From Gemmatales bacterium (GTDB lineage Bacteria; Planctomycetota; Planctomycetia; Gemmatales; HRBIN36), in contig JBEPZY010000003.1 in NCBI GenBank assembly GCA_041640595.1, positions 572,342-636,341 on the forward strand: a stretch of DNA of 64,000 nt, in the 5' to 3' direction. The notes under the pieces are model-generated. The model saw only the letters and a list, made by a program, of their open reading frames with translations, had not been told where the DNA came from and searched no databases. The translations under genes and the position numbers were made by a program. Below are positions 51,210-61,862 of this stretch, one piece after another. Every line of letters starts with the position of its first letter. Within the stretch, counting starts at the first letter, position 1.

Positions 51210-52225
51210 CCGATGTACCTGCGGACCCCGGGAAACCGACTCCCCAGGCCGAACCCCGGCGTTCTGATCTTTCCCGCCCTTCTCCTCCTCGCTCGCCGCG
51301 GCAGACGCTTTCCTACCTGCGTGGTCTGCTCGAAGCACACGGTTTGCGTCCCAAAAATAAACTCGGCCAATCGTTCCTGATCGATCTCAACTTCCTCGAC
51401 TTCATGGTGCGTCAGGCCGAGCTCTCCAGAGCCGACCTGGTGATCGAAGTCGGCAGCGGTACCGGCAGCCTCACGGCAAAACTGGCCGAACAGGCGGGAC
51501 ACGTGCTGAGCGTGGAAATCGATCCCGGCTTCTTCGCGCTGGCTCAGGAAAACACCGAGCAATTCGACAACGTTACCCTGCTGCTGGCGGACATTCTGGA
51601 GAAAAAGAGCCGCCTCAATCCTGAAGTATTGCAACATCTGCAACGCCTATTGCAATCGGGACACTGGCAACGCTTGAAACTGGTTTCCAATTTGCCGTTC
51701 GTCGTCGCTACGCCGGTCATCGTCAACTTTCTGTTGACCGACCTGCCGCTGCAAATGCTCCTGGTAACTATCCAGTGGGAATTGGCAGCGCGGCTGGAGG
51801 CATCGCCCGGCACCAAGGATTACAGCGCCGTCAGCGTCATCGTGCAAGCGCTGGCCGACGTGCAGGTGCTCAGACGAATGCCACCGCAATTGTTCTGGCC
51901 CCGGCCCAAAGTGGATTCCGCGCTGGTCAAAATCATACCGCGACCGGATAAGAAGGCGGCCATTCCCGACCTGCCCTGGTTCCATCGCCTGGTGCGCGAC
52001 ATTTACCTGCACCGTCGCAAGAACCTCCGCAGTGCTCTCGAACCGCTTTACAAGGGTCAGCTCACCCGTGAGCAACTCGACGAGTTGCTTCGCCAGCACG
52101 GCTTCGATCCCCACGGTCGCGCCGAAGCCCTTTCCGTTGCCGAGCATATTCGCCTGAGCACAATTTTGCCACGTTACGAACATCCATCCGCCGAAAGCCA
52201 GGACGCGGACACCGAATCGGACTGA
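51206..52225 (+). CDS. rsmA: 16S rRNA A1518/A1519 dimethyltransferase
   Basis: KLGQSFLID, IEVGSGTGSLT, VEID, SNLPF, FWPRPKVDSA and RRKNLR. Confidence 0.93.
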   Translation: MTDVPADPGKPTPQAEPRRSDLSRPSPPRSPRQTLSYLRGLLEAHGLRPKNKLGQSFLIDLNFLDFMVRQAELSRADLVIEVGSGTGSLTAKLAEQAGHVLSVEIDPGFFALAQENTEQFDNVTLLLADILEKKSRLNPEVLQHLQRLLQSGHWQRLKLVSNLPFVVATPVIVNFLLTDLPLQMLLVTIQWELAARLEASPGTKDYSAVSVIVQALADVQVLRRMPPQLFWPRPKVDSALVKIIPRPDKKAAIPDLPWFHRLVRDIYLHRRKNLRSALEPLYKGQLTREQLDELLRQHGFDPHGRAEALSVAEHIRLSTILPRYEHPSAESQDADTESD

Positions 52226-52272
52226 ACACCGGCCCCGTTCATGCCAGTTGCACCGAACAAACACCGCGCAAC

Positions 52273-54361
52273 CAGGAGCGGCTGGCGTGAGCCAGCCGTG
52301 GTTCGAGAAACGCGTTTGCAGCGGTAACACCGCAATTGTCGCGCAGAGGCCACCAGTCGGTGGTCTGTGCACGGACACCGTTGCAACTGCGTTACTCACA
52401 CCCACGGCGGGCTGACGCCCGCCGCTCCTGCTGGTACGTTCGCGAGTCGGCGAACAGTGCTCGATTTTTGCGATAGCCCATTGTATCACCCGCCACGGCG
52501 GGCTGACGTCCGCCGCTCCTGGGAATGCGCGTTCGTGCATCGCACAAATCGTTTTTCCGCCGACAAACGTTCGCAACTCAACACAAGAGCGGGGGGCGTA
52601 AGCCCCCCGTGGTGCGGGAGCCGATTGTGCAGTGGCAAACGTAACCACTCCACGGAGATCGCTCGCCATTGCAGATGCGTTTTTCGATACCACGGCGGGC
52701 TGACGCCCGCCGCTCCTGGGAATGTGCGTTCGTGCATCGCACAAATCGTTTTTTTCCCCGACAAACGTTCGCACTGCACCAAGAGCGGGGGGCGTAAGCC
52801 CCCCGTGGGATACAAAACGCCGTTGCAAATCGCAACCGCTTTTCTGCGGCAATCTGCGCGCGGGCAATCAGGAGCGGCTGACGTGAGCCAGCCGTGGTTC
52901 GAGAAACGCGCTTGCAGCGGCAACACCGCAATTGTCGCGCAGAGGCGACCAGTCGGTGGTCTGTGCACGAACACCGTTGCAACTGCGTTACTCATACCCA
53001 CGGCGGGCTGACACCCGCCGCTCTTGCGAATGTGCGTTCGTGCATCGCACAAATCGTTTTTTCCCCGACAAACGTTCGCACTGCACCAAGAGCGGGGGGC
53101 GTAAGCCCCCCGTGGGATGTTCTCGGTATGCGAACTCGAAACGCGGAAATCCAACGCGTTGCCGTTGCCAACGTGGTTTCCGACCAGCGGCAGGCTGACG
53201 CCGGTCTCTGAACGAAAGCGCCCGCAATTGCAATAACGTTACTCATACCCACGGCGGGCTGACACCCGCCGCTCTTGTTGGTACGTTCGCGAGTCGGCGA
53301 ACAGTGCTCGATTTTTGCGATAGCCCATTGTATCACCCACCACGGCGGGCTGACGCCCGCCGCTCTTGGGAATGTGCGTTCGTGCATCGCACAAATCGTT
53401 TTTCCGCCGACAAACGTTCGCAACTCAACACAAGAGCGGGGGGCGTAAGCCCCCCGTGGGATGTTCTCGGTATGCGAACTCGAAACGCGGAAATCCAACG
53501 CGTTGCCGTTGCAACCGTGGTTTGCGACCAGCAGCAGGCTTACACCGGTCGCTGGACGAAATCGCCCGCAATTGCAACTGCGTTACTCATACCCACGGCG
53601 GGCTGACGCCCGCCGCTCCTGGGAATGCGCGTTCGTGCATCGCACAAATCGTTTTTTCGCCGACAAATGTTCGCCCTGCACCAAGAGCGGGGGGCGTAAG
53701 CCCCCCGTGGGAAACAAAACGCCGTTGTCAATCGCAACCGCTTTTCTGCAGCAATCCGCGCGCGGGCAACCAGGAGCGACTGGCGTGAGCCAGCCGTGGT
53801 TCGAGAAACGCGTTTGCAGCGGTAACACCGCAATTGTCGCGCAGAGGCCACCAGTCGGTGGTCTGTGCACGGACACCGTTGCAACTGCGTTACTCATACC
53901 CACGGCGGGCTGACGCCCGCCGCTCTTGCTGGTACGTTCGCGAGTCGGCGAACAGTGCTCGATTGTTGCGATAGCCCATTGTATCACCCGCCACGGCGGG
54001 CTGACGCCCGCCGCTCCTGGGAATGCGCGTTCGTGCATCGCACAAATCGTTTTTTCGCCGACAAACGTTCGCACTGCACCAAGAGCGGGGGGCGTAAGCC
54101 CCCCGTGGGATGTTCTCGGTATGCGAACTCGAAACGCGGAAATCCAACGCGTTGCCGTTGCCAACGTGGTTTCCGACCAGCAGCAGGCTGACGCCGGTCT
54201 CTGAACGAAAGCATCCGCAATTGCAACTGCGTTACTCATACCCACGGCGGGCTGACGCCCGCCGCTCTTGTTGGTACGTTCGCGAGTCGGCGAACAGTGC
54301 TCGATTTTTGCGATAGCCCATTGTATCACCCACCACGGCGGGCTGACGCCCGCCGCTCCTG
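52273..54361. repeat. Large REP/BIME-like mosaic array: 20 intact 29-bp palindromes (3 variants) plus 3 degenerate, with reused linkers
   Basis: R1 (+) CCACGGCGGGCTGACGCCCGCCGCTCYTG x11, R2 (-) CAAGAGCGGGGGGCGTAAGCCCCCCGTGG x6, R3 (-) CAGGAGCGGCTGGCGTGAGCCAGCCGTGG x3. Lies between convergent genes. Confidence 0.93.
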
Positions 54362-54384
54362 TTGGGCCGACCTTGATTCGCAGC

Positions 54385-55623
54385 TTACGTTACCACCGAT
54401 TCACTAGCGGTTTCACTGCGGAGGCAGCGGTGGATTTGCCGCAATGCCTGGCGTAGCCGCTGTTCATTTTCGACCAGTGCCAGGCGCACGTAACCTTCTC
54501 CCGCTTCCCCGAAACCGCGGCCCGGACTGACCGCGACTTCCGCTTCTTCGAGCAACTTCATGGCAAAGTCGAAGGAACTCAGATGCTGCCAGGCCGGCGG
54601 ATATTTGGCCCAGACGAACATGCCCGCCTTCGGCGTTTGCAGTTCCCAGCCTCCTCGCCGCAATCCCTCCACCAGCACATCGCGGCGACGTTGATAAACC
54701 AGGGCCTGGCGTTGCACGGCTTCCTCGCATTCCCGTAACGCAACTATCGCCGCGATCTGAATCGCCTGGAAAATTCCGTAATCGTAATAGCCTTTGATGG
54801 TGGCCAGGGCGCGGATCATCTCGGCGTTTCCAGCACAAAAACCGATCCGCCAGCCGGCCATGTTGTACCCTTTGCTCATGGTCGTTGTTTCCACACCGAC
54901 TTCCTTGGCGCCGGGCACCGAGAGAAAGCTTGGCGGCTGGTAACCATCGAAGCCGACATCCCCGTAGGCAAAATCGTGGATCACCATAAAACCGTACCGT
55001 TTCGCCAGCCTCACCACTTCCACGAAAAAGTCCCGTTCGACAACCGTTCCCGTCGGATTGTGCGGGAAATTCAGCACCAGCAACTTCGGTCGCGGATAAA
55101 GATGCTCCGCCATCATGGCCACACGAGACAGGAAAGTCTCCGGCTGGGTGCAATCGAGGCTGATCACATTGCCCGAAGCCAGGTACACCGCATACACATG
55201 GATCGGGAAAGAAGGCGCGGGCACGATGGCCGTGTCGCCCGGCCCGATCAAAGCCAGGCACATGTGGCTGAACGCTTCCTTCGAGCCGAGGCAGGCGATG
55301 ACTTCCGTTTCCGGGTCGAGCCGAACCCCGTGTTTGCGTTCATAGCGCCGGGCCACTTCCCGACGAAGGTTGTACAACCCGGCACTGACGGAATAGCGAT
55401 GATTGCGGTCATCGTGAGCCGCCTCGCAGAGTTTCTCGATAATCAGCGGATCGGGCACATCCGTCGGGTTGCCCATGCCCAGGTCAATAATGTCCCGGCC
55501 TTCGCGGCGCTTTTGATATTTCAGGGCATTGAGCTTGGCGAAAAGGTAGGGCGGCAGGCGTTTGACCCGGTCCGCTACCTGCACCACAAATGGCTCCGAA
55601 GATTCGTTCCTGGTCTGGCTCAT
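54385..55623 (-). CDS. Class I/II PLP aminotransferase (AlaC/LL-DAP aminotransferase-like)
   Basis: [29 protein letters not shown] and [13 protein letters not shown]. Confidence 0.92.
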   Translation of the reverse strand: MSQTRNESSEPFVVQVADRVKRLPPYLFAKLNALKYQKRREGRDIIDLGMGNPTDVPDPLIIEKLCEAAHDDRNHRYSVSAGLYNLRREVARRYERKHGVRLDPETEVIACLGSKEAFSHMCLALIGPGDTAIVPAPSFPIHVYAVYLASGNVISLDCTQPETFLSRVAMMAEHLYPRPKLLVLNFPHNPTGTVVERDFFVEVVRLAKRYGFMVIHDFAYGDVGFDGYQPPSFLSVPGAKEVGVETTTMSKGYNMAGWRIGFCAGNAEMIRALATIKGYYDYGIFQAIQIAAIVALRECEEAVQRQALVYQRRRDVLVEGLRRGGWELQTPKAGMFVWAKYPPAWQHLSSFDFAMKLLEEAEVAVSPGRGFGEAGEGYVRLALVENEQRLRQALRQIHRCLRSETASESVVT

Positions 55624-55781
55624 GTTGGACTTTTTCTCCTGGCACGAAAAAGGAGACCGGCCCGCCTGGTATCGCAGTTGCTCGGCACATTACCGCGTGG
55701 GCCCGGAACACATCGCTATAATGCCGTTCGGACGAATCTTCCGAAAAGCATCCTTGGGCATTGTAGCTCGGAAGCGCAGAT

Positions 55782-56606
55782 ATGGCTGCCGTACACGTCC
55801 TGGTGCTGCGTGCTCCCGGGGCCAACTGTGACGAAGAAACGCAATTTGCTTTTCAACTGGCTGGTGCCCAGGCGGAGCGCGTCCATATCGGTCGGCTGCG
55901 CGAAAATCCCCGTTTGCTCCGCCATTACCAGGTTCTGGCCATTCCGGGTGGTTTCACCTACGGCGATGACGTGGCCGCTGGCAAAATTTTGGCCAATCAG
56001 CTTCGTTTCTACCTCGCCGAGGAATTGCAGCGTTTTCGCGACGAGGGCAAGCTGATCCTGGGCATCTGCAACGGTTTTCAGGCCTTGCTTAAAGCAGGCT
56101 TGCTCGTTCCGCCTATTCGCGTCCCCAAGTCCGTACTGTGCGTAATCGGCGAAGCTGCGGATCAGGAAGAAGTGGAGGTGATCCCGGCGACGCTGGCGGC
56201 CAATGCGCACGGCCGATTCGAGGATCGCTGGGTCTTTCTGGCCACTCAGCCCAACCACTGTCCGTTTCTGGCCGGTTACGACCGCTGGCAGGCACCGGTA
56301 GCGCACGGGGAAGGCCGCTTTCTTTGCCCTCACCACAGCGTCTGGCAGGAACTGGAACGTCGTGGCCAGCTTGTGCTTCGTTATGTGGACGCCGAGGGCC
56401 AGCTCGCTGGTTTTCCCTTCAATCCGAACGGTTCCCAGGGCAACGTCGCCGGCATGTGCGATCCCACAGGCCGCGTTCTTGGACTGATGCCCCATCCGGA
56501 ACGCCATGTCTTGCCGACGCACCATCCGCACTGGCCACGCCGCGGTCTTGCCGTTGAAGGTGACGGTCTGCGCCTCTTTCGCAATGCCGTTCGCTATTTC
56601 ACCTGA
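55782..56606 (+). CDS. purQ: Phosphoribosylformylglycinamidine synthase glutaminase subunit
   Basis: PGANCD, PGGFTYGD, GICNGFQ, AHGEGR and MPHPER. Confidence 0.95.
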   Translation: MAAVHVLVLRAPGANCDEETQFAFQLAGAQAERVHIGRLRENPRLLRHYQVLAIPGGFTYGDDVAAGKILANQLRFYLAEELQRFRDEGKLILGICNGFQALLKAGLLVPPIRVPKSVLCVIGEAADQEEVEVIPATLAANAHGRFEDRWVFLATQPNHCPFLAGYDRWQAPVAHGEGRFLCPHHSVWQELERRGQLVLRYVDAEGQLAGFPFNPNGSQGNVAGMCDPTGRVLGLMPHPERHVLPTHHPHWPRRGLAVEGDGLRLFRNAVRYFT

Positions 56607-56858
56607 TGTTATTCCCCCTCGATCGCCTCCAGTCTCGAAACTTGCCGACCGCTTCGGCCAGCTCGACCCGCCGCCTGCCTCCGTTATTTTTTCGCCCGTG
56701 CCCGAAACCAAGGTCGCCAACCTTATCCCGGCGGGCAAGCAACCTGCCAGACATTGCCCAGCGCCCTTGCTAAAATGCCCGGCGATCCAGCACAAATTTC
56801 GCCCAATAACCGATGCTGCTTCTGCAGCAGCCGTCGGGCCTTCTCTTAGGAGCTACCT

Positions 56859-58283
56859 ATGCCACGTGCAGTCCTTACCACCGCCTTGATTCTCGCTAGC
56901 CTATCGTGGGCAACTGCTCAAACCAGGCCACCCAACATTATTATCATCCTGGCCGACGACTTAGGCTATGGCGATCTAAGTTGTTATCATGCCGCTAAAT
57001 TCCGCACGCCGCATATAGATCAGTTAGCAGCCCAGGGAGTACGCTTTACTCACTGCTACGCTCCTTTCCCTTACTGTGCGCCTTCGCGTGCCACGCTCCT
57101 GACAGGCCGCTATCCTTTTCGTCACGGCCTGCAAGCCAATCCGTTTCCGGGTGGCGATCCCTTAGTAAAGAACGCCGATCACCTCGGCCTGCCCGCTTCC
57201 GAACTTACACTCGCCAGGCTCCTCCAGCAGAAAGGTTATGTGAGTTTAGCTATCGGTAAATGGCACTTAGGACATCAGCCTCAATTCTGGCCGACACGCT
57301 TTGGCTTTGATCATTATTTCGGCATCCCTTACAGCAATGACATGCACCCCGTTCGACTGTATGAAGACGAGAAGGTTGTTGAATACCCTGTGGTGCAGGC
57401 GACCCTTACCAGACGCTATACGGAAAGAGCTATCCACTTTATTAAGGAAAATGCCAGCCGTCCTTTCTTCCTTTATTTGGCCCACGCTATGCCTCATAAG
57501 CCCCTGGCTTGTTCCGAGGACTTTTACGGTAAAACGGGCATGGGACTGTATGCCGACACTTTAGCGGAATTAGACTGGAGTTGCGGCCAGCTCCTCGACA
57601 CCCTTCGCCAGTTAGATCTGGATAAACATACCCTGGTGGTCTTTACCAGCGATAACGGTCCCTGGTATGGCGGGAGTACGGGGGGATTGCGTGGCATGAA
57701 AGGACAAACCTGGGAAGGCGGTGTGCGCGTCCCGTTGATTTTCTCGATGCCGGGTCGGCTGCCGACCGACCGCACCATTGACGTCCCGGTTATGCTCGGC
57801 GACATCTTTACCACCTGCCTGTACGCCGCCGGTGTGAATCCGCCTCAAGATCGCGTCATTGATGGTGTTAACCTCTGGCCTCTTATGGCCGAGGGTAAAC
57901 CGCTGGCTCGAGAGGCGATCTATATATTCCGTGGCCCACAATTAATGGCTATACGGCAGGGAAAATGGAAATTGCATGTCGCAGCACCTCAACCGCCTAA
58001 ATTCAAGGTCTATAAACCAGGCGACCCCTATAAAGACCCGCGGGGCCCTGACGGTGTGCGAATCCTTGCACCTTATGAACAGCCTCATCCCAGCCAGTAT
58101 CCAGGACTGCTCACCGGCGATCCGGTTACAGAGATTGGTTTATTCGACCTGGAAAACGATCCCGGCGAGCAGCATAACCTTGCCGAAAAGTACCCAGAAA
58201 TCGTCCAGAAGTTAAGCGCCTTAGCTGACGGCGTGCGTAAGGAGATGCAGAAGGAAGCCAGGCAACGCATGCGCCCTCATTGA
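56859..58283 (+). CDS. Sulfatase (arylsulfatase A-like)
   Basis: PNIIIILADDLGYGD, CAPSRATLLTGR, GKWHLG and TSDNGP. Confidence 0.95.
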   Translation: MPRAVLTTALILASLSWATAQTRPPNIIIILADDLGYGDLSCYHAAKFRTPHIDQLAAQGVRFTHCYAPFPYCAPSRATLLTGRYPFRHGLQANPFPGGDPLVKNADHLGLPASELTLARLLQQKGYVSLAIGKWHLGHQPQFWPTRFGFDHYFGIPYSNDMHPVRLYEDEKVVEYPVVQATLTRRYTERAIHFIKENASRPFFLYLAHAMPHKPLACSEDFYGKTGMGLYADTLAELDWSCGQLLDTLRQLDLDKHTLVVFTSDNGPWYGGSTGGLRGMKGQTWEGGVRVPLIFSMPGRLPTDRTIDVPVMLGDIFTTCLYAAGVNPPQDRVIDGVNLWPLMAEGKPLAREAIYIFRGPQLMAIRQGKWKLHVAAPQPPKFKVYKPGDPYKDPRGPDGVRILAPYEQPHPSQYPGLLTGDPVTEIGLFDLENDPGEQHNLAEKYPEIVQKLSALADGVRKEMQKEARQRMRPH

Positions 58284-58419
58284 ATTGAAAGGATCAGTCG
58301 CCTTTTCCGAGTATTTGGAGCCTCAACCTATCAGGCGGACTTTCCTATGTGCAGCTCGATGATGCGAATTCTATCTAAGCATGTCCTATAATTGCCGACT
58401 GTGTGATTAGACGCGGAAA

Positions 58420-60057
58420 GTGCCGATGAGCAACTTCGTAACCCGGTGGCAGGAAATCCTGGCCGATCTCGAAAAGCAAGAAGCGGACTTACGCTTAGGA
58501 GGCGGGCCAGAAGCGATTGCTCGACAGCATGAGAAAGGCCGATTAACTGCTCGCGAGCGCATTGCTTTACTTTGCGATGCCCTGGATATTGATGGACATA
58601 AACATGCCATCTTCTGGGAACTGGGATTGTGGGCCGGCTGGCAGATGTACCGCGACTGGGGTGGAGCTCCCGCTGGCGGTGTGGTTACCGGCATAGGCGC
58701 GGTTCAGGGCCGATTGTGTATGATCATCGCTAACGACGCGACGGTAAAAGCGGGCGCATTTTTTCCAATCACGGCGAAGAAAGTTTTGCGGGCCCAGCGC
58801 ATTGCTTTAGAAAATCGCCTCCCCTTGATTTACCTCGTGGACAGTGCCGGCGTATTTCTCCCGCTGCAGGATGAGGTGTTTCCTGACGAAGACGATTTCG
58901 GCCGAATTTTCCGCAACAACGCGGTTCTAAGTGCTGCCGGCATACCTCAACTCGCCGCGATTATGGGCAATTGTGTGGCCGGTGGCGGTTACCTTCCCGT
59001 TTTGTGTGACGTCCTGCTTATGACCGAGGGTTCGGGACTATATTTAGCGGGGCCCGCCTTAGTCAAGGCGGCGATTGGCCAGCAGGTTTCCCACGAAGAA
59101 TTAGGCGGAGCACGCATGCATGCCTCGATTAGTGGCACTATTGATTTCCGCGAACCTGATGATCGCAGTTGCCTGAACCGCCTGCGCGAATTGGTTGCTA
59201 ATTTGTCCGAAGATGCCGGATTGCCTCCCCTGAATGCTGGCACTACAGAACGTCCACCCGAAAGCATTTATCAATTCGTCGATCCCCAGGGAATTCGTGA
59301 ATACGAAATACGCGATGTGATAGCATGTATAGTGGATCAAGGCACCTTCGAGGAATATAAAGCCGACTACGCACCGACTCTGGTATGCGGTTTTGCCAGG
59401 ATAGGGGGAATGCGTATCGGCATCGTTGCTAATCAACGTCACCGCTGCCGCGATGCACATGGTCAGTTACAGTATGGCGGTGTCATTTACGTGGATAGCG
59501 CTAACAAAGCAGCCAGGTTCGTTATGGTCTGCAATCAGTTGCGAATACCGCTTGTTTTCTTGCAAGATGTAAATGGATTTATGGTGGGTCGGGAAGCGGA
59601 GCAGGCAGGCATTATTCGTGCCGGAGCTAAGCTCGTCAACGTCATCAGCAACAGCGTGGTACCTAAAATCACCATTATCATCGGTGGCTCCTTCGGTGCG
59701 GGAAACTATGCTCTGTGTGGCAAGGCGTTCGATCCCCGTTTTATTTTCGCCTGGCCGAATGCCCGCTATGCCGTCATGGGAGCGCACCAGGCCGCCAGCA
59801 CGTTGTTAGAAATTACCATTAATCGCCTTGCCCGCGAGGGACGAAAAGTCGAGGCAGAAGAAATAGCCTCCCTCCGTCAGCGTGTACAGTCCGCCTACGA
59901 AGAACAGGCGGATATTCGCTACGGTGCAGCTCGCCTCTGGGTAGATGGCATCATTCCACCAGCCGACACTCGCAAGACCTTGATCTGGGCTTTACATATA
60001 GTCTATCGTACACTGCCTGACACAGGGCACTTTAGAACCGGTGTTCTGCAAGTATAG
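58420..60057 (+). CDS. Acyl-CoA carboxylase carboxyltransferase subunit (methylcrotonyl/geranyl-CoA carboxylase beta-like)
   Basis: KGRLTARERI, ANDATVKAG, GNCVAGGGY, LAGPALVKAA and GSFGAGNYALCG. Confidence 0.92.
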   Translation: MPMSNFVTRWQEILADLEKQEADLRLGGGPEAIARQHEKGRLTARERIALLCDALDIDGHKHAIFWELGLWAGWQMYRDWGGAPAGGVVTGIGAVQGRLCMIIANDATVKAGAFFPITAKKVLRAQRIALENRLPLIYLVDSAGVFLPLQDEVFPDEDDFGRIFRNNAVLSAAGIPQLAAIMGNCVAGGGYLPVLCDVLLMTEGSGLYLAGPALVKAAIGQQVSHEELGGARMHASISGTIDFREPDDRSCLNRLRELVANLSEDAGLPPLNAGTTERPPESIYQFVDPQGIREYEIRDVIACIVDQGTFEEYKADYAPTLVCGFARIGGMRIGIVANQRHRCRDAHGQLQYGGVIYVDSANKAARFVMVCNQLRIPLVFLQDVNGFMVGREAEQAGIIRAGAKLVNVISNSVVPKITIIIGGSFGAGNYALCGKAFDPRFIFAWPNARYAVMGAHQAASTLLEITINRLAREGRKVEAEEIASLRQRVQSAYEEQADIRYGAARLWVDGIIPPADTRKTLIWALHIVYRTLPDTGHFRTGVLQV

Positions 60058-60101
60058 TGCGGTAGCGATGAACCTGGCTCATCGGATGCTGGGGTGAAAC
60101 C

Positions 60102-61460
60102 ATGACCATGCAGCGAATTCGTGTTGGCAATGGTTGCGGTTTCTGGGGCGATCAGCCCGATGCACCGGTTTTCTTAGTTCAGCATGGCCACTTAAATTTT
60201 CTCACCCTGGAATATCTGGCCGAGCTTACTATGTCGATCCTTGCCCAGCAGCGCCAGCGCGATGCTGCACTAGGATATGCCACCGATTTCGTCGAAGTAT
60301 TAGAACGTCTCGTTCCACTGTGGTGCGAGCAACCGCAGTTGCGGATCATTACTAACGCTGGGGGACTAAATCCGCTTGGTTGTGCGAAACGAGCCGCGGA
60401 AATTATCACCCGCCAGGGCTTACACAAACGTATCGGCGTGGTACTGGGCGATGACCTGATGCCACGCCTCGACGAACTGTTAGCAGCTGGCCATGCGCTA
60501 AATCATCTCGATACCGGCGAGCCACTGCAGCATGTGCGTGACCGCGTGGTTACTGCCAATGTATATTTAGGCGCGGAACCGATAGTTGCGGCGCTAGTTC
60601 AAGGGGCAGATTTAGTTATTAGTGGTCGGGTGGCCGATGCCTCGCTTACGGTGGCTCCCGCAGTCTGGGCCTTTGGCTGGTCGTGGCAGGACTACGATAA
60701 ACTCGCTGCCGCTACAGTAGCTGGGCACCTGATCGAATGTGGCGCCCAGGTGACTGGGGGACTATATACCGACTGGCGGGCCGTTCCAGACTTATGGAAC
60801 GTCGGTTATCCCATCGCCGAATTAGAATCCGATGGCACGGTGCGAATACTGAGACCGGAAGCAAGCGGGGGTTGCGTTACTGTAAACACCGTGCGCGAAC
60901 AATTGCTATACGAAATAGGCGACCCGACTGCCTATATAACGCCCGACGTCGTTGCCGATTTTACTTCTGTGCATTTACGTCCTTTAGAACCAGACGGTGT
61001 TGAAATTACGGGTGCTCGCGGTCGCCCAGCTCCTTCGACTTATAAAGTGGCGATCACCTATCGTGATGGTTATACATGCACCGGACAGATCGTAGTGACC
61101 GGACGCGATGCTGTGGAGAAAGCACATCTGTGTGCAGATATAGTGCGGCGACGGTTACAACGAGCCGGCCTGCAACCGCAGGAATATCACGTCGAATGCC
61201 TGGGTGCCGGCGACAGCGTTCCGGGAGTCTGGCCACGATCCCAACCTTATGAAATCGTGTTGCGAGTAAGCGTCTGGGACACCCGTCGCCAGGTCCTGGA
61301 ACGATTTGCCCGAGAACTCGCTCCGCTGGTAACCAGTGGACCTCCTGGCGTAACAGGCTATGCTACAGGGAGACCTCCTATACGCGAGGTCTTTGCCTAC
61401 TGGCCTGCGCTCATTGCTCGCTCGACTATTCGGCCGGAAATCCATATTTTAGAAACCTGA
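60102..61460 (+). CDS. AtuA-like protein, N-terminal part (DUF1446)
   Basis: IRVGNGCGFWGD, EYLAELTMSIL, GRVADAS, AGHLIECGAQVTGG and EQLLYEI. Confidence 0.88.
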   Translation: MTMQRIRVGNGCGFWGDQPDAPVFLVQHGHLNFLTLEYLAELTMSILAQQRQRDAALGYATDFVEVLERLVPLWCEQPQLRIITNAGGLNPLGCAKRAAEIITRQGLHKRIGVVLGDDLMPRLDELLAAGHALNHLDTGEPLQHVRDRVVTANVYLGAEPIVAALVQGADLVISGRVADASLTVAPAVWAFGWSWQDYDKLAAATVAGHLIECGAQVTGGLYTDWRAVPDLWNVGYPIAELESDGTVRILRPEASGGCVTVNTVREQLLYEIGDPTAYITPDVVADFTSVHLRPLEPDGVEITGARGRPAPSTYKVAITYRDGYTCTGQIVVTGRDAVEKAHLCADIVRRRLQRAGLQPQEYHVECLGAGDSVPGVWPRSQPYEIVLRVSVWDTRRQVLERFARELAPLVTSGPPGVTGYATGRPPIREVFAYWPALIARSTIRPEIHILET

Positions 61461-61473
61461 ACGAGGGCAACCC

Positions 61474-61839
61474 ATGCGCCTTTACGATGTGGCCACGGCT
61501 CGCAGCGGCGATAAAGGTAATCACGCTAATATAGGCGTGCTGGCACGCTTTCCGCAAGCGTATGATTTTCTTAGACATTATTTGTCAGCGGAGCGAGTGG
61601 CACATTATTTCGCAACGCTCCATCCCCGGCGCGTAGAGCGTTACGAGGCCCCGAATTTGCTGGGACTAAATTTCGTACTATACGACGTGCTGGCCGGTGG
61701 TGCGGCTCGATCATTGCGACTCGATAGCCAGGGGAAAACACTTGCCGGGGCATTATTAGAGATGGAAATTCCAGACGAACTGGTCGCTATCCATCTATCC
61801 GGTCGTGGAAGTGAAACTTCTGCACAGGCGAAGTGCTAA
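61474..61839 (+). CDS. AtuA-like C-terminal ferredoxin-fold protein
   Basis: ARSGDKGNHANIGV and SLRLDSQGKT motifs. Confidence 0.85.
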   Translation: MRLYDVATARSGDKGNHANIGVLARFPQAYDFLRHYLSAERVAHYFATLHPRRVERYEAPNLLGLNFVLYDVLAGGAARSLRLDSQGKTLAGALLEMEIPDELVAIHLSGRGSETSAQAKC

Positions 61840-61862
61840 GCTTTATCGGGAGTGAGTATGCT

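Noticed and set aside
52273..54361. CRISPR array interpretation of the palindrome array
   Set aside because: Repeats occur in both orientations and three variants, the 60-130 bp linkers are reused rather than unique, and no cas genes are present.
51647..54456. Long ORFs across the repeat array (for example 51647-52867, 52367-53011, 53583-54329)
   Set aside because: They are translations of GC-rich repeats (HGGLTPAA, RGAYAP) in many overlapping frames, and one overlaps rsmA in antisense.
54976..56795. Two 359-aa ORFs opposite the aminotransferase and purQ genes
   Set aside because: Shadow ORFs of well-supported genes.
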